Below are positions 31,678 to 40,239 of a stretch of DNA of 64,000 nt, one piece after another; position 1 is the stretch's first letter, and the number at the start of each line of letters is the position of its first letter. The stretch is from a virus (taxonomy: Duplodnaviria; Caudoviricetes). Where the stretch lies: the IMG/VR virus record IMGVR_UViG_3300025679_000005; one strand, given 5' to 3'. The notes beneath the pieces were generated by a model, which saw nothing but the letters and a program-made list of their open reading frames with translations, was not told the DNA's origin and ran no database searches. The position numbers and the translations under genes were made by a program.

Positions 31678-31788
31678 TCGGTTATTCTAACACAAAAAAT
31701 GGTTTCATGGGCAAAGCCGAGGCTGGCCCATGAAATTCGGTGAGGGTCATGCCTAAACCTCTACACCAAAGTGGTGTAGACTAAGCCG

Positions 31789-32085
31789 ATGAACTTACGC
31801 CTGGCCACTGAATTGCAGCTGTATAAGGCCGGCCTCATAAGCTTGGCCGTCTTGTACGACGTTGCCCACAAGGTCATGGCTGACGATGCTGAAACTGACT
31901 CATTTCAGTGTGATCCCGCGGCCGTCCGCATCTGTTACCTGGCGAGCGACCACTACAGGGGTCTGATCACCGAAGCCCAGCTGATCATGCAGCTTCCTGC
32001 AACCCCTGAGATTGAGGTCGAAAGGGACACCGAGGTCAGCAACAGGAAACCTACACCGCCACCGTCAAAGCCACCTGAGGCGTAG
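31789..32085 (+). CDS. Hypothetical protein
   Basis: GGTG-TAGACT motif 10 nt before ATG. Confidence 0.6.
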   Translation: MNLRLATELQLYKAGLISLAVLYDVAHKVMADDAETDSFQCDPAAVRICYLASDHYRGLITEAQLIMQLPATPEIEVERDTEVSNRKPTPPPSKPPEA

Positions 32086-32420
32086 TGCCACATGCGGCTT
32101 CTTGGCCGGTTTCAGTAAGTACCTCTGAGCCGACCCTTATTGTAGCCAGACGTTTCACCCTGAGGAGGCCGCCCATGTCCGATAACGCCGATGCCAAAGC
32201 CTTGAAGAACCTCGACATTGCCCTGGAACTACTGACCGCGGAACTCGCCTACAACAAAGAACGCCTAGCTGACAAGCGCATCTCCGAGGCCAAGGCCAAG
32301 TTCATCACCTTGAGCCTGGCCCGAATCGAGCGTGAAATAGAGGGCATCTCGAAGATGCGTGCTGAGGTCCTCTCCCGGCTTGACTGGGAGACACGCATCG
32401 CCGATAACATGGCGCATTGA
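32085..32420 (+). CDS. Hypothetical coiled-coil protein (start may be downstream ATG)
   Basis: ORF track. Confidence 0.55.
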   Translation: MPHAASWPVSVSTSEPTLIVARRFTLRRPPMSDNADAKALKNLDIALELLTAELAYNKERLADKRISEAKAKFITLSLARIEREIEGISKMRAEVLSRLDWETRIADNMAH

Positions 32421-32423
32421 CCC

Positions 32424-32618
32424 ATGGACCACTCACACTGCCCATTCGGTTGTGATCACCCACAGCCGATCGTAGCCGAGGACAATCCCCATTTACCCCC
32501 GGGAGCGATTGGGGGTCACTCCTACTGTGGGAAGTGTTGGGTACAAGACGACACCTTATCGGAGATGGTAGTCTGCACACCCGAAACATGTCCTGGGGAT
32601 TTCCCAGACGGTGTATAA
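32424..32618 (+). CDS. Small Cys/His-rich protein
   Basis: CPFGCDHP...YCGKCW...C...C. Confidence 0.6.
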   Translation: MDHSHCPFGCDHPQPIVAEDNPHLPPGAIGGHSYCGKCWVQDDTLSEMVVCTPETCPGDFPDGV

Positions 32619-32624
32619 TCGGAC

Positions 32625-32870
32625 ATGGCATTCGTACGTGAGTTCAAAGACACTTTCACCTGTGACAACCCACAGTGAGGCGGTGACAACGGCCGTTTCT
32701 CTGAGGTGGTCGTTCAAAAGACTGAGGACATACTTGACGCCAACGAATCCGTAGGGATTCAAGGACCTCAGCTGCCTAAAGATTGGGGCATCTTCCACTA
32801 TGCCAATGTTCAAGTATATTGGTGCCCCAGCTGTTCTAGGACTCTCGTAGGCAAAGGGAAAACCCCTTGA
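32625..32870 (+). pseudogene. Small Zn-ribbon gene with in-frame TGA at an expected Cys
   Basis: GGTG-TATAAT 9 nt before ATG; MAFVREFKDTFTCDNPQ*GG...LPKDWG...WCPSC; TGA at 32676-32678; true stop overlaps next start. Confidence 0.65.
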
Positions 32871-33289
32871 AAAAACGTAAGCGTCGATTCTATCCGGGGA
32901 TGCTCGTTCGCATTGCCAAGGACTGCCGCCCAGTCTCAGTATTGGAGCCCCTGAGCGGGCATCCCCTGTCTATACACCGTCCAGAAGGGGCTGCTACAGG
33001 GGCTGAAGCCGTTTACGAAGGGCGGTTCAATTCCAAGACCGGACGACGCTACAAGGGGCCTAGAGGCCTTGGAATGCCCAGACTACGCCTGGAGGATGGT
33101 TCGCACATTTGGGGGTATGAGTGCTACTGGCTGCCCCTGAAAGAAGCCCAGGCCGTCGAAGCCAGTTTGGGCATACACATACCCTCCAGAGAGGCGAAAG
33201 AGTGGGATCGCCTGGTCGACGACCTCCAACGTAGGACTCAGATAGGGGAAACTCCTGAGGCATCCCCTACGGCCACCCTTACGGAGTAG
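32867..33289 (+). CDS. Hypothetical protein containing a degenerate array-3 repeat
   Basis: TTGA-coupled ORF. Confidence 0.6.
   Translation: MKKRKRRFYPGMLVRIAKDCRPVSVLEPLSGHPLSIHRPEGAATGAEAVYEGRFNSKTGRRYKGPRGLGMPRLRLEDGSHIWGYECYWLPLKEAQAVEASLGIHIPSREAKEWDRLVDDLQRRTQIGETPEASPTATLTE
32933..32959 (-). CRISPR. Degenerate solitary array-3 repeat inside a CDS
   Basis: GTCTCAGTATTGGAGCCCCTGAGCGGG, 25/27 identical to array-3 repeat. Confidence 0.7.
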
Positions 33290-33533
33290 GGGACGGTCCC
33301 AACACAGGCGATGAGTTGGTATTGCCAATGGGCGTAGCAGCAGTCCTTGCCGGCCTGCTTGTGAGCACCCCAGGACTTGCCGAATCGCTTCCAGGCCCAT
33401 CCCTCAGCCAAGGGCGTAGTCGGAGGCGGGTCCTCAACGGGCTTTACAGGCTCGGGGGCGATGTCAGCCGCTACCCAGGCAGGAAGCCCCAGGCGTTGAT
33501 CACAGAGAGAGCAATGGCCTGCTTGGCCTTCGG

Positions 33534-33862
33534 GTCTCAGTACTGGAACCCCTGAGCGGGTGTTGTTGGAAGGGCTATGGACCAAGTACGTGCTCACAAA
33601 GGTCTCGTCTCAGTACTGGAACCCCTGAGCGGGTGTTGTTGGGGGTTCGCGTGCGGTAAATCCCCTAATGTCCGAGAAGTCTCAGTACTGGAACCCCTGA
33701 GCGGGTGTTGTTGGCCCTGTTACGTCGAGCAGCTCCACCTCGTCGAACAGCAGTCTCAGTACTGGAACCCCTGAGCGGGTGTTGTTGGCAAGGACCGACA
33801 CGCAAACGAGATCGATTCCGTACCCAGTCTCAGTACTGGAACCCCTGAGCGGGTGTTGTTGG
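33534..33862 (-). CRISPR. CRISPR array 3, 5 repeats and 4 spacers, type V-like
   Basis: Repeat CCAACAACACCCGCTCAGGGGTTCCAGTACTGAGAC (minus), CTCAG/CTGAG stem, GAGAC 3' end; spacers 36-38 nt. Confidence 0.97.
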
Positions 33863-33865
33863 AGG

Positions 33866-34423
33866 TCATTGAGCGGCCTCATCACATCCAGTAGTTACAC
33901 CGGACTTTGCGAGCGCCTCGCCAGTCCGTCGACAAATCTCCTTCGAGGCTCCAAAATCCCGATCGTAAGTGCGCCCACAATTAGGACAAGCAAGGATCAG
34001 ACCGTCAAGCTTTCCAGTGGGTTTTATGCAATGGGGGCACACCTGCGACGTTTTGCGAGCGGATACCGCAAAAACCTTGGCACCCGACCGCTCGCAGATC
34101 TGTTTGAGCAGGTAGGGGGCAGAAACATCTCGGTTCTGACGTTTACGCCTAGAACTCTCCGAGGCCGTATCAAGAGCACGCATCTGTGTGCTCTTGAGGT
34201 CCTCTAGGCCGATAGCCACATACATGGCCGCCAGTTTTTTGGCGGCCTTACTGAGAATGTCCAAACGAATATTCTCAATCCGTCGGCGAGCCTTGGCGAT
34301 TTGTTTTTCGGTCAGGTGCTCGTAAGCCACCCAAGAGGCTTCCTCTGTAGTGAGTACTCCCAGTTCGGCCAGATGCCTTCGGTATTGATGCCGATTTCTC
34401 ACAGGAAGGTTGGCGTTTTTCTT
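33866..34423 (-). pseudogene. 5'-truncated TnpB/Cas12-like effector
   Basis: Retains AIGLEDL (RuvC II), SARKTSQVCPHC...CPNCG...DRDFGAS (Zn + RuvC III); no RuvC I or recognition lobe; frame runs into a repeat. Confidence 0.8.
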
Positions 34424-34453
34424 GTCACAGTATTGGAACCCCTGAGCGGGTGT
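34424..34453 (-). CRISPR. Partial array-3 repeat at the truncation point
   Basis: GTCACAGTATTGGAACCCCTGAGCGGGTGT, same variant as the 22241 copy. Confidence 0.85.
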
Positions 34454-34498
34454 AGATCACATAATGTACGTTATCAAGCGTCCAGTCAACCCCATTGA

Positions 34499-34951
34499 TC
34501 ATGCCACGGCGCCACGTTTTTTATTGCGATTGCGCTCGGTCTTGCCAGTGACCTTGGTCACGGTCTTGCCGAAGTTGGCGTTCTTCTGCTCCTTCTCGAT
34601 GCGATTGTCGATGTCCGTGTCATGGCGCTGGGCCATGTCCGTGACGATCCACTCCTCGGCGTTCTCCAGGAGAGTGGAGATGATCAAGGCGAACGGGGTC
34701 TCCAGACCCACATGTACCATCGAGGTGCGGTCCTTGTTGGCCCGAATATGGGGAATGAACTTCTCGATCGGCGTCGGGGAGTTGCGGTCCGTGATGATGC
34801 GGCCGATGCGGAACGAGTACAGGACTTCGGAGCCGCGGGCGGGAGCCGTGCTGATTTCGACTGCGTAGCCCGACTTCTGCTCCTTACAGGTGTGGGTGAC
34901 ATTCCAGACTGGTTTGGCGTGGGTATTGGCTTGGTACGTGTTGTTGGTCAT
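34499..34951 (-). CDS. Hypothetical protein with basic C-terminus
   Basis: 150-aa ORF. Confidence 0.7.
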   Translation of the reverse strand: MTNNTYQANTHAKPVWNVTHTCKEQKSGYAVEISTAPARGSEVLYSFRIGRIITDRNSPTPIEKFIPHIRANKDRTSMVHVGLETPFALIISTLLENAEEWIVTDMAQRHDTDIDNRIEKEQKNANFGKTVTKVTGKTERNRNKKRGAVA

Positions 34952-35051
34952 GCATTCCTCTAACGGCTGGGTTTCGGATAGCTTTAGGGCTATGGGACAA
35001 ATACACCAAAGCGACGGTCCTTGCCCAGGTTATGTTGGTGTAGACCCTTAG

Positions 35052-35333
35052 ATGACCGACAGAGAGATTCACCAAACCATAATGAAGGTAGTCGCCCCGA
35101 ACGCCATCGATTGCAGTGACTTCAATAAGGTCTATGACGAGGCAACCGCCCTAAGGGACTCCGGAGCGGAAGAAGCCGCGATCCTGGCTTTCATCTCGGA
35201 ACAGCTCCCCTCCGCCATCATCAGCCCGCTCGAAATCGAGAGAATGAAGGGGCGGGGGAGGCTTCATGTGATAAGCGCAGGCCCCATGTCGAATAACGAC
35301 GGGGATGTCAGCCCGTCCAGGAAGCCGAACTGA
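35052..35333 (+). CDS. Hypothetical protein
   Basis: GGTGTA motif 9 nt before ATG. Confidence 0.6.
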   Translation: MTDREIHQTIMKVVAPNAIDCSDFNKVYDEATALRDSGAEEAAILAFISEQLPSAIISPLEIERMKGRGRLHVISAGPMSNNDGDVSPSRKPN

Positions 35334-35382
35334 CCAGTAAAGTTGCCCGACAATTCTTCTGTCCGGTGTATAGGCCGTGACC

Positions 35383-35673
35383 ATGTCGAAAACTGCTTTG
35401 ATCAACGACCTGACCACAAAAACCGGCCTCTCCAAGGGCCAAGTCTCCGAAGTGCTGGACGCACTCGCTGCTGTTGGAATCGACGCCCTCAAGGCTGGAG
35501 ACGAGTTTACTATCCCCGGGCTCGTCAAGATCTCAACCAAAGCCAAGCCCGCTACGGAAGAGCGTATGGGGATCAACCCGTTCACAAAGGCAACCATCAC
35601 CATCGCCGCCAAGCCCGCCTCCAAGACCATCAAGGCCAAGCCCCTTCCGGCCCTCAAGAAGGCTGTCGGCTGA
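35383..35673 (+). CDS. hup: HU-like histone-like DNA-binding protein
   Basis: MSKTALINDL...GDEFTIPGLVKI...ERMGINPFTKATITIAAK HU signature. Confidence 0.93.
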   Translation: MSKTALINDLTTKTGLSKGQVSEVLDALAAVGIDALKAGDEFTIPGLVKISTKAKPATEERMGINPFTKATITIAAKPASKTIKAKPLPALKKAVG

Positions 35674-35676
35674 GCC

Positions 35677-35958
35677 ATGCCTGAGAAGGTTCCGGCCAAT
35701 CGTCCAGAGACAGGGGCGATGCGTTTCGGCAACGATTGGCGCGGAGCCTTCATTCGTGGCGATGACGCCTTTGGGTACGCCCAGGCTCTTGAGATTCTCC
35801 TCAAGGGGAAGCCTGACGACTTCTCACTGACCATCTCCCGAGCGGTTTTGGAAGGTCTTTTGGGGGTCCTCAAGTCCTCCAACGAGCACGAGAAGCTTGC
35901 AGAGGACCCTCAACAGCTCAAACCGTTTCCGGAGTGCTTGCCTGATGGACCGCAATAA
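35677..35958 (+). CDS. Hypothetical protein
   Basis: ORF following HU. Confidence 0.6.
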   Translation: MPEKVPANRPETGAMRFGNDWRGAFIRGDDAFGYAQALEILLKGKPDDFSLTISRAVLEGLLGVLKSSNEHEKLAEDPQQLKPFPECLPDGPQ

Positions 35959-36250
35959 ACGCCCCATTGATCACTGTCATTGGACGAAGGACTGTCCTGG
36001 CGAACTAGATTACCGATCCGGTGGTAGTTACTGCCATACCTGCAAGATCGGTGGGGATTTCGACACCACGTTGGAAGACCGCATCACCTGCCCATTCTGC
36101 GGCGATCAAGACGTGGACTTCACAGACTATCCTCGGGAACTAGAACACGACGGAGACAGCACCACCTACGAATGTGGATCCTGTGAGAAGAACTTCACAG
36201 TGACCCTGAGTGTCTCCTACTCCTATAGTTCAAAGAAAATCCCCGAATGA
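35897..36250 (+). CDS. Zn-finger hypothetical protein
   Basis: YCHTC, ITCPFCG, YECGSCE motifs. Confidence 0.6.
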   Translation: MQRTLNSSNRFRSACLMDRNKRPIDHCHWTKDCPGELDYRSGGSYCHTCKIGGDFDTTLEDRITCPFCGDQDVDFTDYPRELEHDGDSTTYECGSCEKNFTVTLSVSYSYSSKKIPE

Positions 36251-36933
36251 CCGACACTCATAAGTACAAGCCTTGCTATCGTTGTACCGAATACCGTGCC
36301 AACGGAGACTGGGATTCTGCCCTCAAGTGTAGCAACTGTGACGGCAAAGGTGTCGTCCGAACGGCTGCCTCATACGCCTGCAACAACTGTGGCGGGACCA
36401 TGAGCGACGGGGAGGGCGAACAAGGATGGCCGATGGGACTCGTTGAAGAGACTGTAGGTGGAGGCTACAACTCCTTTCATCTCCTCGACTGCACCACGTA
36501 CACGTTCTCCATCTGTGAGAAGTGCCTCAGGGCCATGTTCACAGCCTTCAAGATCCCGCCGACCACGTATAGCCGCCTAGGGGATTCTGGCGGGGGCTAT
36601 GAAGAAGACTTGGACTACTTCCATCAACGCCTCTGGGAGGCGGCTGGCGGAGACGTGGAGCGGCTACTAGCCGGCGGCTGCAACTGGCGAGAGCGTTGTC
36701 AGGAACCGGCGGTCTGGCGATGTCTTTCTTTCGGCAAACTGAGAAGCGAGTGTCGCTGTGATACCCACAAGTGGCATGGAGTCGGCTACGGCGGGGAACG
36801 CCTGGCCAGATTCTCAGATGTTCCCTTTCTCAAGGCTGAAACAGAGGATCAGATAGCTCGCGTAGATTTTGCCTGGAAGACAGGCGCTGAACACCCAATC
36901 GAAGAGGTCGTAAATGAAAACCCAGGCCGATAG
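36247..36933 (+). CDS. Cys-rich protein with DnaJ-like Zn motifs
   Basis: CYRC, CSNCDGKG, CNNCGG, ICEKC. Confidence 0.65.
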   Translation: MTDTHKYKPCYRCTEYRANGDWDSALKCSNCDGKGVVRTAASYACNNCGGTMSDGEGEQGWPMGLVEETVGGGYNSFHLLDCTTYTFSICEKCLRAMFTAFKIPPTTYSRLGDSGGGYEEDLDYFHQRLWEAAGGDVERLLAGGCNWRERCQEPAVWRCLSFGKLRSECRCDTHKWHGVGYGGERLARFSDVPFLKAETEDQIARVDFAWKTGAEHPIEEVVNENPGR

Positions 36934-37216
36934 CATCCTTTCTGAAATAGAGTACCTGAAGCCCCAAGAGGGAGTTTCAGTGATCACCAACTACGGGACG
37001 GAAGAGCTTCGGAAGTTCGCCCGTGGCCTTATTGCCTGCCGTTGTCCCGAGTGTGAGTCCACTGAGGCTATGACAGTGGACAGCAACATCGAGCGCCGGC
37101 TCTGCGGTGGCTGTGGTGCTTGGTACCGCCCTGAGGACATGCTAGTGGTGGCCCTCATCCGAGCTTTCCAAGTGGGGGAAAGCGCCTCAGATGTGGTCCC
37201 AATCGCAAGCCACTAG
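36914..37216 (+). CDS. Small Zn-ribbon protein
   Basis: CPECES...LCGGCG. Confidence 0.6.
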   Translation: MKTQADSILSEIEYLKPQEGVSVITNYGTEELRKFARGLIACRCPECESTEAMTVDSNIERRLCGGCGAWYRPEDMLVVALIRAFQVGESASDVVPIASH

Positions 37217-37843
37217 GATTTCACTGGTAGCTTCAGTGAATAGAACCACATGTGCAAAAGTTTCTTGTGTGGTATTGTCGTACATGTGCAGTCCCAAATG
37301 GATTGCGGTTTTTGAGCAAACCGGGCAGGATACCAATGGCATGTCCTCGTAAGTGCTCCCGGGCTCTAGTTCTCGCAGGTCCATGCTCCGACCCTAGCAC
37401 ATTCCAATGAAGTATCGTATTCGAATCAGTTGAAAGACTTACGACACTACTTCACGTATAGACGCTACCTGAGCTTTCTGGGCTATCCCCGTCCGTTTTT
37501 ACGTTTACAGCCTCAGACAATCACATCAATGATAGAAAAGGGCTTCATGTCCAAGGACTGCAAGGGCTTGGGCTCGGCCGACATCTTCGAGATGACCTGC
37601 TACATGAGCCAGCAACTGGGCTGGGACAAGGTCTCTGCGGCTATTTTCCCCAAGGACAGCCCGTGCCAAATCGCCTAAGGTATCTCCAAACCGATCAGCG
37701 ACACCTCACCCGTAACTTCCTCGGGTTCGGATTCTTCCTAGCCGGCCTAAGTTTATGGGTCCCTCAGCTATCGGCAATGCTGGCCTACGTCGTCGGGCTA
37801 TGGGCTTACTTCTGGACGGGAAACCGCTCAGAAATGCAGCGCC

Positions 37844-38137
37844 TCAAATCCTGAGGTCAATCCCCGTCTTAGCGATCTTGGACGTGTACGTCTCGATCGT
37901 GGAAGTTGTCCAGATCCAGTCGACTACTCCTGCCAACGGGACCAGTAAGGCTAGCAACGGGGGTATGGCGGTCTTGGCCCAAGGCAAGTTCGCTGCCACG
38001 CTGGCTACGAAAAACAGGAATGCAAAAACCAAAGTAGCTATTCCGTAGTGCTTGGGCAAGTTCTTGCGACGAATCGTGTAGGCCGCCCGTTGCGTGTGCA
38101 TTTCAGAGATCTCAAGCCATTCGGGGAGTTTGGTCAT
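37844..38137 (-). CDS. Small membrane protein (two TM segments), start 4 nt after a CasPhi repeat
   Basis: MTKLPEW...; hydrophobic ATLVFAFLFFVASV and PPLLALLVPLAGVV. Confidence 0.65.
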   Translation of the reverse strand: MTKLPEWLEISEMHTQRAAYTIRRKNLPKHYGIATLVFAFLFFVASVAANLPWAKTAIPPLLALLVPLAGVVDWIWTTSTIETYTSKIAKTGIDLRI

Positions 38138-38141
38138 TTCA

Positions 38142-38161
38142 GTCTCAGCGTACTGAGCAAT
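38142..38161 (-). CRISPR. Minimal CasPhi repeat (20-nt hairpin core)
   Basis: ATTGCTCAGTACGCTGAGAC, identical to the 3' 20 nt of the CasPhi repeat. Confidence 0.85.
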
Positions 38162-38184
38162 AAAAAAGCTTTGTGGGCTCGCGG

Positions 38185-39024
38185 TCATTTCACGAGCCTG
38201 AGGAAGCGGCTGCTCCCGTCATTAGGCCTAGCGTGCAAATATCTGGAAGTTGTGGCGATGTTCCGGTGGCCAAGCGAATTTGAAATTAGGGTCAGCGGGC
38301 AACCTGCGTCAAGTGAATGGGACGCATGAGCGTGCCTCAAGAGATGGGGCCAAAGCTTCAACCCAGCCTTTTTGCCAGTGTCCGTGACAATCCGTCGGGC
38401 ATCCCTGGCCGTGAGCTGCTTCCCACGGTAGGATTTGAAGACAGGTGCCTCATCGACTTCGTTATTGCGACGAAGTGTCCTCAGCTCGTCAGCGATCGTG
38501 CTCGGAAGCATGAGGGTTCGAGTTCGGGTGCCCTTCCCCTGTAGGGTGACACGGAAGTCATTGAGGTCTTTGAACCTGATTCTGACGGCCTCGGCGATTC
38601 GTGCCCCGGAGGCGTATAGGAACCGGATGAGGATCTTGTCTCGACCTAGGTCGGCGATTCCAATGAGGCCTCCCACAGCATCTTCCTCCAAGATCTTCTC
38701 ATTCAAGTTATCCGGGATTTTCGGAGTCCTGAGGATTCGGCCGACGTTGAAGACGAGGTACCCCGTCCGGTATCCAAAACTGAGGAGGCTTTTGATCGTG
38801 CTGATCTTCCTAGCGATCGTGGCCGGCTTCCCGTTGAGGGTCTCTGCCCAGGCCATTACCTGGGCCACAGTCGCCCCCTGGAGGCCGTCGGGCAGCTCCA
38901 TGAGGAAAGCCATGGCCACTGGCTTGTAAGCGATTACGGACGATAGGGGACGGCCGCTGAGCCACAGCTTCATCAGCTGTTCATCGGAGGTGGCTCCGGA
39001 GTGGTTTTCCGGTAGATGGTTCAT
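38185..39024 (-). CDS. XerC/D-like tyrosine recombinase
   Basis: Catalytic R (GARIAE), K (GKG), HxxR (HLLRH), H (LGH), Y (TSRY); SAM-like N-domain. Confidence 0.93.
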   Translation of the reverse strand: MNHLPENHSGATSDEQLMKLWLSGRPLSSVIAYKPVAMAFLMELPDGLQGATVAQVMAWAETLNGKPATIARKISTIKSLLSFGYRTGYLVFNVGRILRTPKIPDNLNEKILEEDAVGGLIGIADLGRDKILIRFLYASGARIAEAVRIRFKDLNDFRVTLQGKGTRTRTLMLPSTIADELRTLRRNNEVDEAPVFKSYRGKQLTARDARRIVTDTGKKAGLKLWPHLLRHAHASHSLDAGCPLTLISNSLGHRNIATTSRYLHARPNDGSSRFLRLVK

Positions 39025-39030
39025 TGGACT

Positions 39031-39057
39031 GTCTCAGCGTACTGAGCAATCAAAAGG
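39031..39057 (-). CRISPR. Solitary CasPhi repeat (27 nt) 6 nt upstream of the recombinase ATG
   Basis: CCTTTTGATTGCTCAGTACGCTGAGAC then AGTCCA-ATG. Confidence 0.9.
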
Positions 39058-39327
39058 CTTAGGCTGGTTTACCCCCGGAACGGTGACTTCGATGGGGGTG
39101 ATGCCGTTGTGTGGGACAACGAGGCAGCTCCACGGGTAGGTCTCTTTGTCGACACCTAAGGCCGTAGTGACTTTCACGATCCACATGTCGAGAAGGTGGC
39201 GGGAAGCCAGACCGCAGATGACGCCTGTCCCAGAGACCGGACCCATGGTGAACATCACTGGTTGGCCGTCTACGTAACAGGGTTTGACTTTGCCTTGGAG
39301 GTCGGTTTGCAGTTCGAAGTTGTACAT
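39034..39327 (-). CDS. Hypothetical protein lying between two CasPhi repeats
   Basis: 97-aa ORF with SH3-like composition; stop codon lies inside the repeat. Confidence 0.6.
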   Translation of the reverse strand: MYNFELQTDLQGKVKPCYVDGQPVMFTMGPVSGTGVICGLASRHLLDMWIVKVTTALGVDKETYPWSCLVVPHNGITPIEVTVPGVNQPKPFDCSVR

Positions 39328-39377
39328 GATGAACCTAACGGCAGGGGGCGGCGGGACTTAAGCCCCTGAGGTGGAGG

Positions 39378-40148
39378 GTCTCAGCGTACTGAGCAATCAA
39401 AAGGCTTCGCAGGCTGGGTCTGTCGCGAGCTGGACCAATACGGTGACGTGCTTGTCTCAGCGAACTGAGCAATCAAAAGGTTTCGCAGGATCCAGAGCTA
39501 CCAGGCGCTACAACGGAAGTGGCATCAGTCTCAGCGTACTGAGCAATCAAAAGGTTTCGCAGGAGGCGGTAGTCCTTGATGCTATCGTCGGCAAAGTCTC
39601 GTCTCAGCGTACTGAGCAATCAAAAGGTTTCGCAGGGTCGGGGCGGCGGGGGCAGATTCATCAGACCAAGTACGTCTCAGCGTACTGAGCAATCAAAAGG
39701 TTTCGCAGGAGTGGCCCATAGACCTGGTTCCCTTGGGCGTCCCTCTTGTCTCAGCGTACTGAGCAATCAAAAGGTTTCGCAGGGCCAGGGGCCGGCGGGC
39801 CGTTGTACTGGCCCGGACGAGTCTCAGCGTACTGAGCAATCAAAAGGTTTCGCAGGTTCCTTAGTGGGACTCTTAGAGGATCCTATAAGTAAGAGTCTCA
39901 GCGTACTGAGCAATCAAAAGGTTTCGCAGGGTCGGGTGTTGGAGTCGATGAGGTTGGCTTAGCGTACGTCTCAGCGTACTGAGCAATCAAAAGGTTTCGC
40001 AGGCCCCGACTCCACGGGATCATGTTGGGGATCGATCCTGTCTCAGCGTACTGAGCAATCAAAAGGTTTCGCAGGGCGTCGTGTTCATCGATCACAACTA
40101 CAGGGATCCCCTGTCTCAGCGTACTGAGCAATCAAAAGGTTTCGCAGG
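39378..40148 (-). CRISPR. CasPhi array, 11 repeats and 10 spacers
   Basis: Repeat CCTGCGAAACCTTTTGATTGCTCAGTACGCTGAGAC; 3' end matches the CasPhi repeat family; directly downstream of casPhi. Confidence 0.98.
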
Positions 40149-40239
40149 TCGCACGTCAGAAACAGTGAATTTTCAAAGACCTACCGAATGCTTTGCGAGC
40201 GGTTCGGTAAATTAGAGATCAGCAGGGGGTATTACACCG

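Noticed and set aside
31678-31740. IStron (group I intron-IS hybrid) interpretation of the TnpB element
   Set aside because: The left end is only ~60 nt, far too short for a group I intron core
31758-31770. Promoter TTT-GGTGTAGAG matches the first 9 nt of the 46460 spacer
   Set aside because: The match is mostly the shared promoter motif and breaks after 9 nt; also only 9 nt at 27095 and 10 nt at ~16995. No full target in the window
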